Shown here in pieces: positions 19,050-20,000 of a stretch of 20,000 nt of DNA (position 1 is its first letter; the number at the start of each line of letters is the position of its first letter). The notes beneath the pieces were generated by a model. That model was not told the DNA's origin, did not search any database, and saw only the letters and a program-made list of their open reading frames with translations. The position numbers and the translations under genes are program-made. The stretch comes from Novakomyces olei (Eukaryota): contig JADEYG010000002.1 in assembly GCA_016906335.1 (NCBI GenBank), positions 1,667,659 through 1,687,658 on the forward strand, written 5' to 3'.

Positions 19050-19160
19050 GAAAAGTCGTATGGTATAATAATGTGGGTTTAAAAAATTGTATGGTGAAAA
19101 ATTGTACGGTAAAAAATTGTATGGAGGAATAATGTATGGGGATTAATGTATAGGGATTAA
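19050..19160. repeat. Degenerate tandem array of about seven 15-bp units (AAAAATTGTATGGTR-like)
   Basis: GTATGG-like cores at 19058, 19073, 19089, 19104, 19119, 19134 and 19148. Confidence 0.8.
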
Positions 19161-19187
19161 TTTAAACAATTAACGCTTAAAAAGATG

Positions 19188-19200
19188 TGAGTCACGTGAC
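19188..19200. promoter_or_regulatory. Overlapping TGAGTCA (AP-1/Gcn4-type) and GTCACGTGAC (Cbf1/bHLH E-box) motifs
   Basis: Sequence TGAGTCACGTGAC. Motif match only. Confidence 0.4.
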
Positions 19201-19233
19201 CATATACAATCTCATATCGTGTTCATTGCAAAC

Positions 19234-19866
19234 TGTTGGAATAATCAAAATAATACTGACGATTGATCTACGTGTAGTGATATAGGTAGAAAACTATATA
19301 AATACTGTTGAACTTTTGTGTTAAATTTACTAATTCTAGCTACAACCTATATAAATAATTGTATGTGAGTATAGGCTTCATAAGCAATAGTGTGTATAAG
19401 TTGCATAAATAATAATTAGGTTTGGCCCATATTTAGATGTATTTCAACATATTCCAACACACCCTCCCAGGCGGCGGGCACGGTAAGCCTGTATGCGCGG
19501 ATCACGTGGTAAGGTTACTTACTTTATTCGCTCACTCCAACTAACTTTGTAAAGTTTTTAAACAGTAGCTTGCGGAGCGGTTTTGTAAGGCCGTCAGCTG
19601 CCATACGAGCGGTTGGTATGTACTTGATTTTTATTCTTTCTGACTCCGTTAGCTCACGGACAAAGTGCCATCGGATGGCTACATGTTTTGTCCTTCGGTG
19701 AAATTGCGGGTTCTTGGCGAGGGCGATAGCGCCTTGGTTGTCCTCCAGGACAATCATAGGCAATCTGTCGTCCTCATTGTAGTTCAGTTCCAAGAGGAGC
19801 TGTTGGGCCCACAGCACCTCTTGGCCACTGATCGACAAGCCAACATACTCGGCATCAGTGGAGGAG
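19234..19866 (-). mobile_element. 5'-truncated Ty1/Copia element (RNase H end, PPT and 3' LTR)
   Basis: 226-bp LTR at 19234-19459 with perfect 10-bp termini TGTTGGAATA...TATTCCAACA. Minus-strand PPT GGGAGGGTG at 19460-19468 abuts the LTR. An RNase H ORF lies upstream. Confidence 0.92.
19524..19865 (-). pseudogene. Copia-type RNase H C-terminal fragment
   Basis: SSTDAEYVGLS...EDNQGAIALAKNPQFHRRTKHVAIRWHFVRE...MAADGLTKPL. The frame has no stops up to the telomere junction. Confidence 0.92.
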
Positions 19867-20000
19867 TTAGGGTTAGTTAGGGTTAGTTAGGGTTAGTTAG
19901 GGTTAGTTAGGGTTATCAGGGTTAGTTAGGGTTATCAGGGTTAGTTAGGGTTAGTCAGGGTTAGTCAGGGTTAGTTAGGGTTAGTTAGGGTTAGTTAGGG
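19865..20000 (+). repeat. Telomeric tract, G-rich strand pointing outward
   Basis: A partial AGTTAGGG unit followed by 9 x TTAGTTAGGG, 2 x TTATCAGGG and 2 x TTAGTCAGGG, running to the window end. Confidence 0.93.

Noticed and set aside
19050-19160. Periodic repeat as a CRISPR-like array
   Set aside because: The units are contiguous 15-mers with no unique spacers, there are no cas genes, and the locus is eukaryotic.
19191-19300. GTCACGTGAC followed by AT-rich DNA as a point centromere (CDEI-CDEII)
   Set aside because: No CDEIII-like CCG element at the expected spacing, the downstream DNA is a Copia LTR, and the site is under 1 kb from the telomere.

Overview
Right-hand end of a fungal (probably ascomycete) chromosome. 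From left to right: (1) three apparently intronless catabolic genes (ChrR-like cupin, Asp/Glu-racemase-fold protein, covalent-FAD amino-acid oxidase), each with a GCGG-N7-CCG motif 140-200 bp upstream; (2) a decayed WD40 pseudogene abutting a relic kinase C-terminus; (3) an intact two-exon fungal-specific (FunK1/Pkinase_fungal) kinase; (4) a young Ty3/Gypsy element (341-bp LTRs, TSD GGATA) inserted 55 bp upstream of the kinase ATG; (5) a second young Ty3/Gypsy chromovirus (297-bp LTRs, TSD ACCAG) nested between the outer element's polypurine tract and its 3' LTR, with both elements showing Tf1-type self-priming signatures; (6) a 15-bp periodic repeat; (7) the 3' LTR and RNase H end of a Ty1/Copia element, cut off and capped directly by a telomere of mixed TTAGTTAGGG, TTAGTCAGGG and TTATCAGGG repeats, which looks like de novo telomere healing. 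All alignments and translations outside the supplied ORF track were done by eye.
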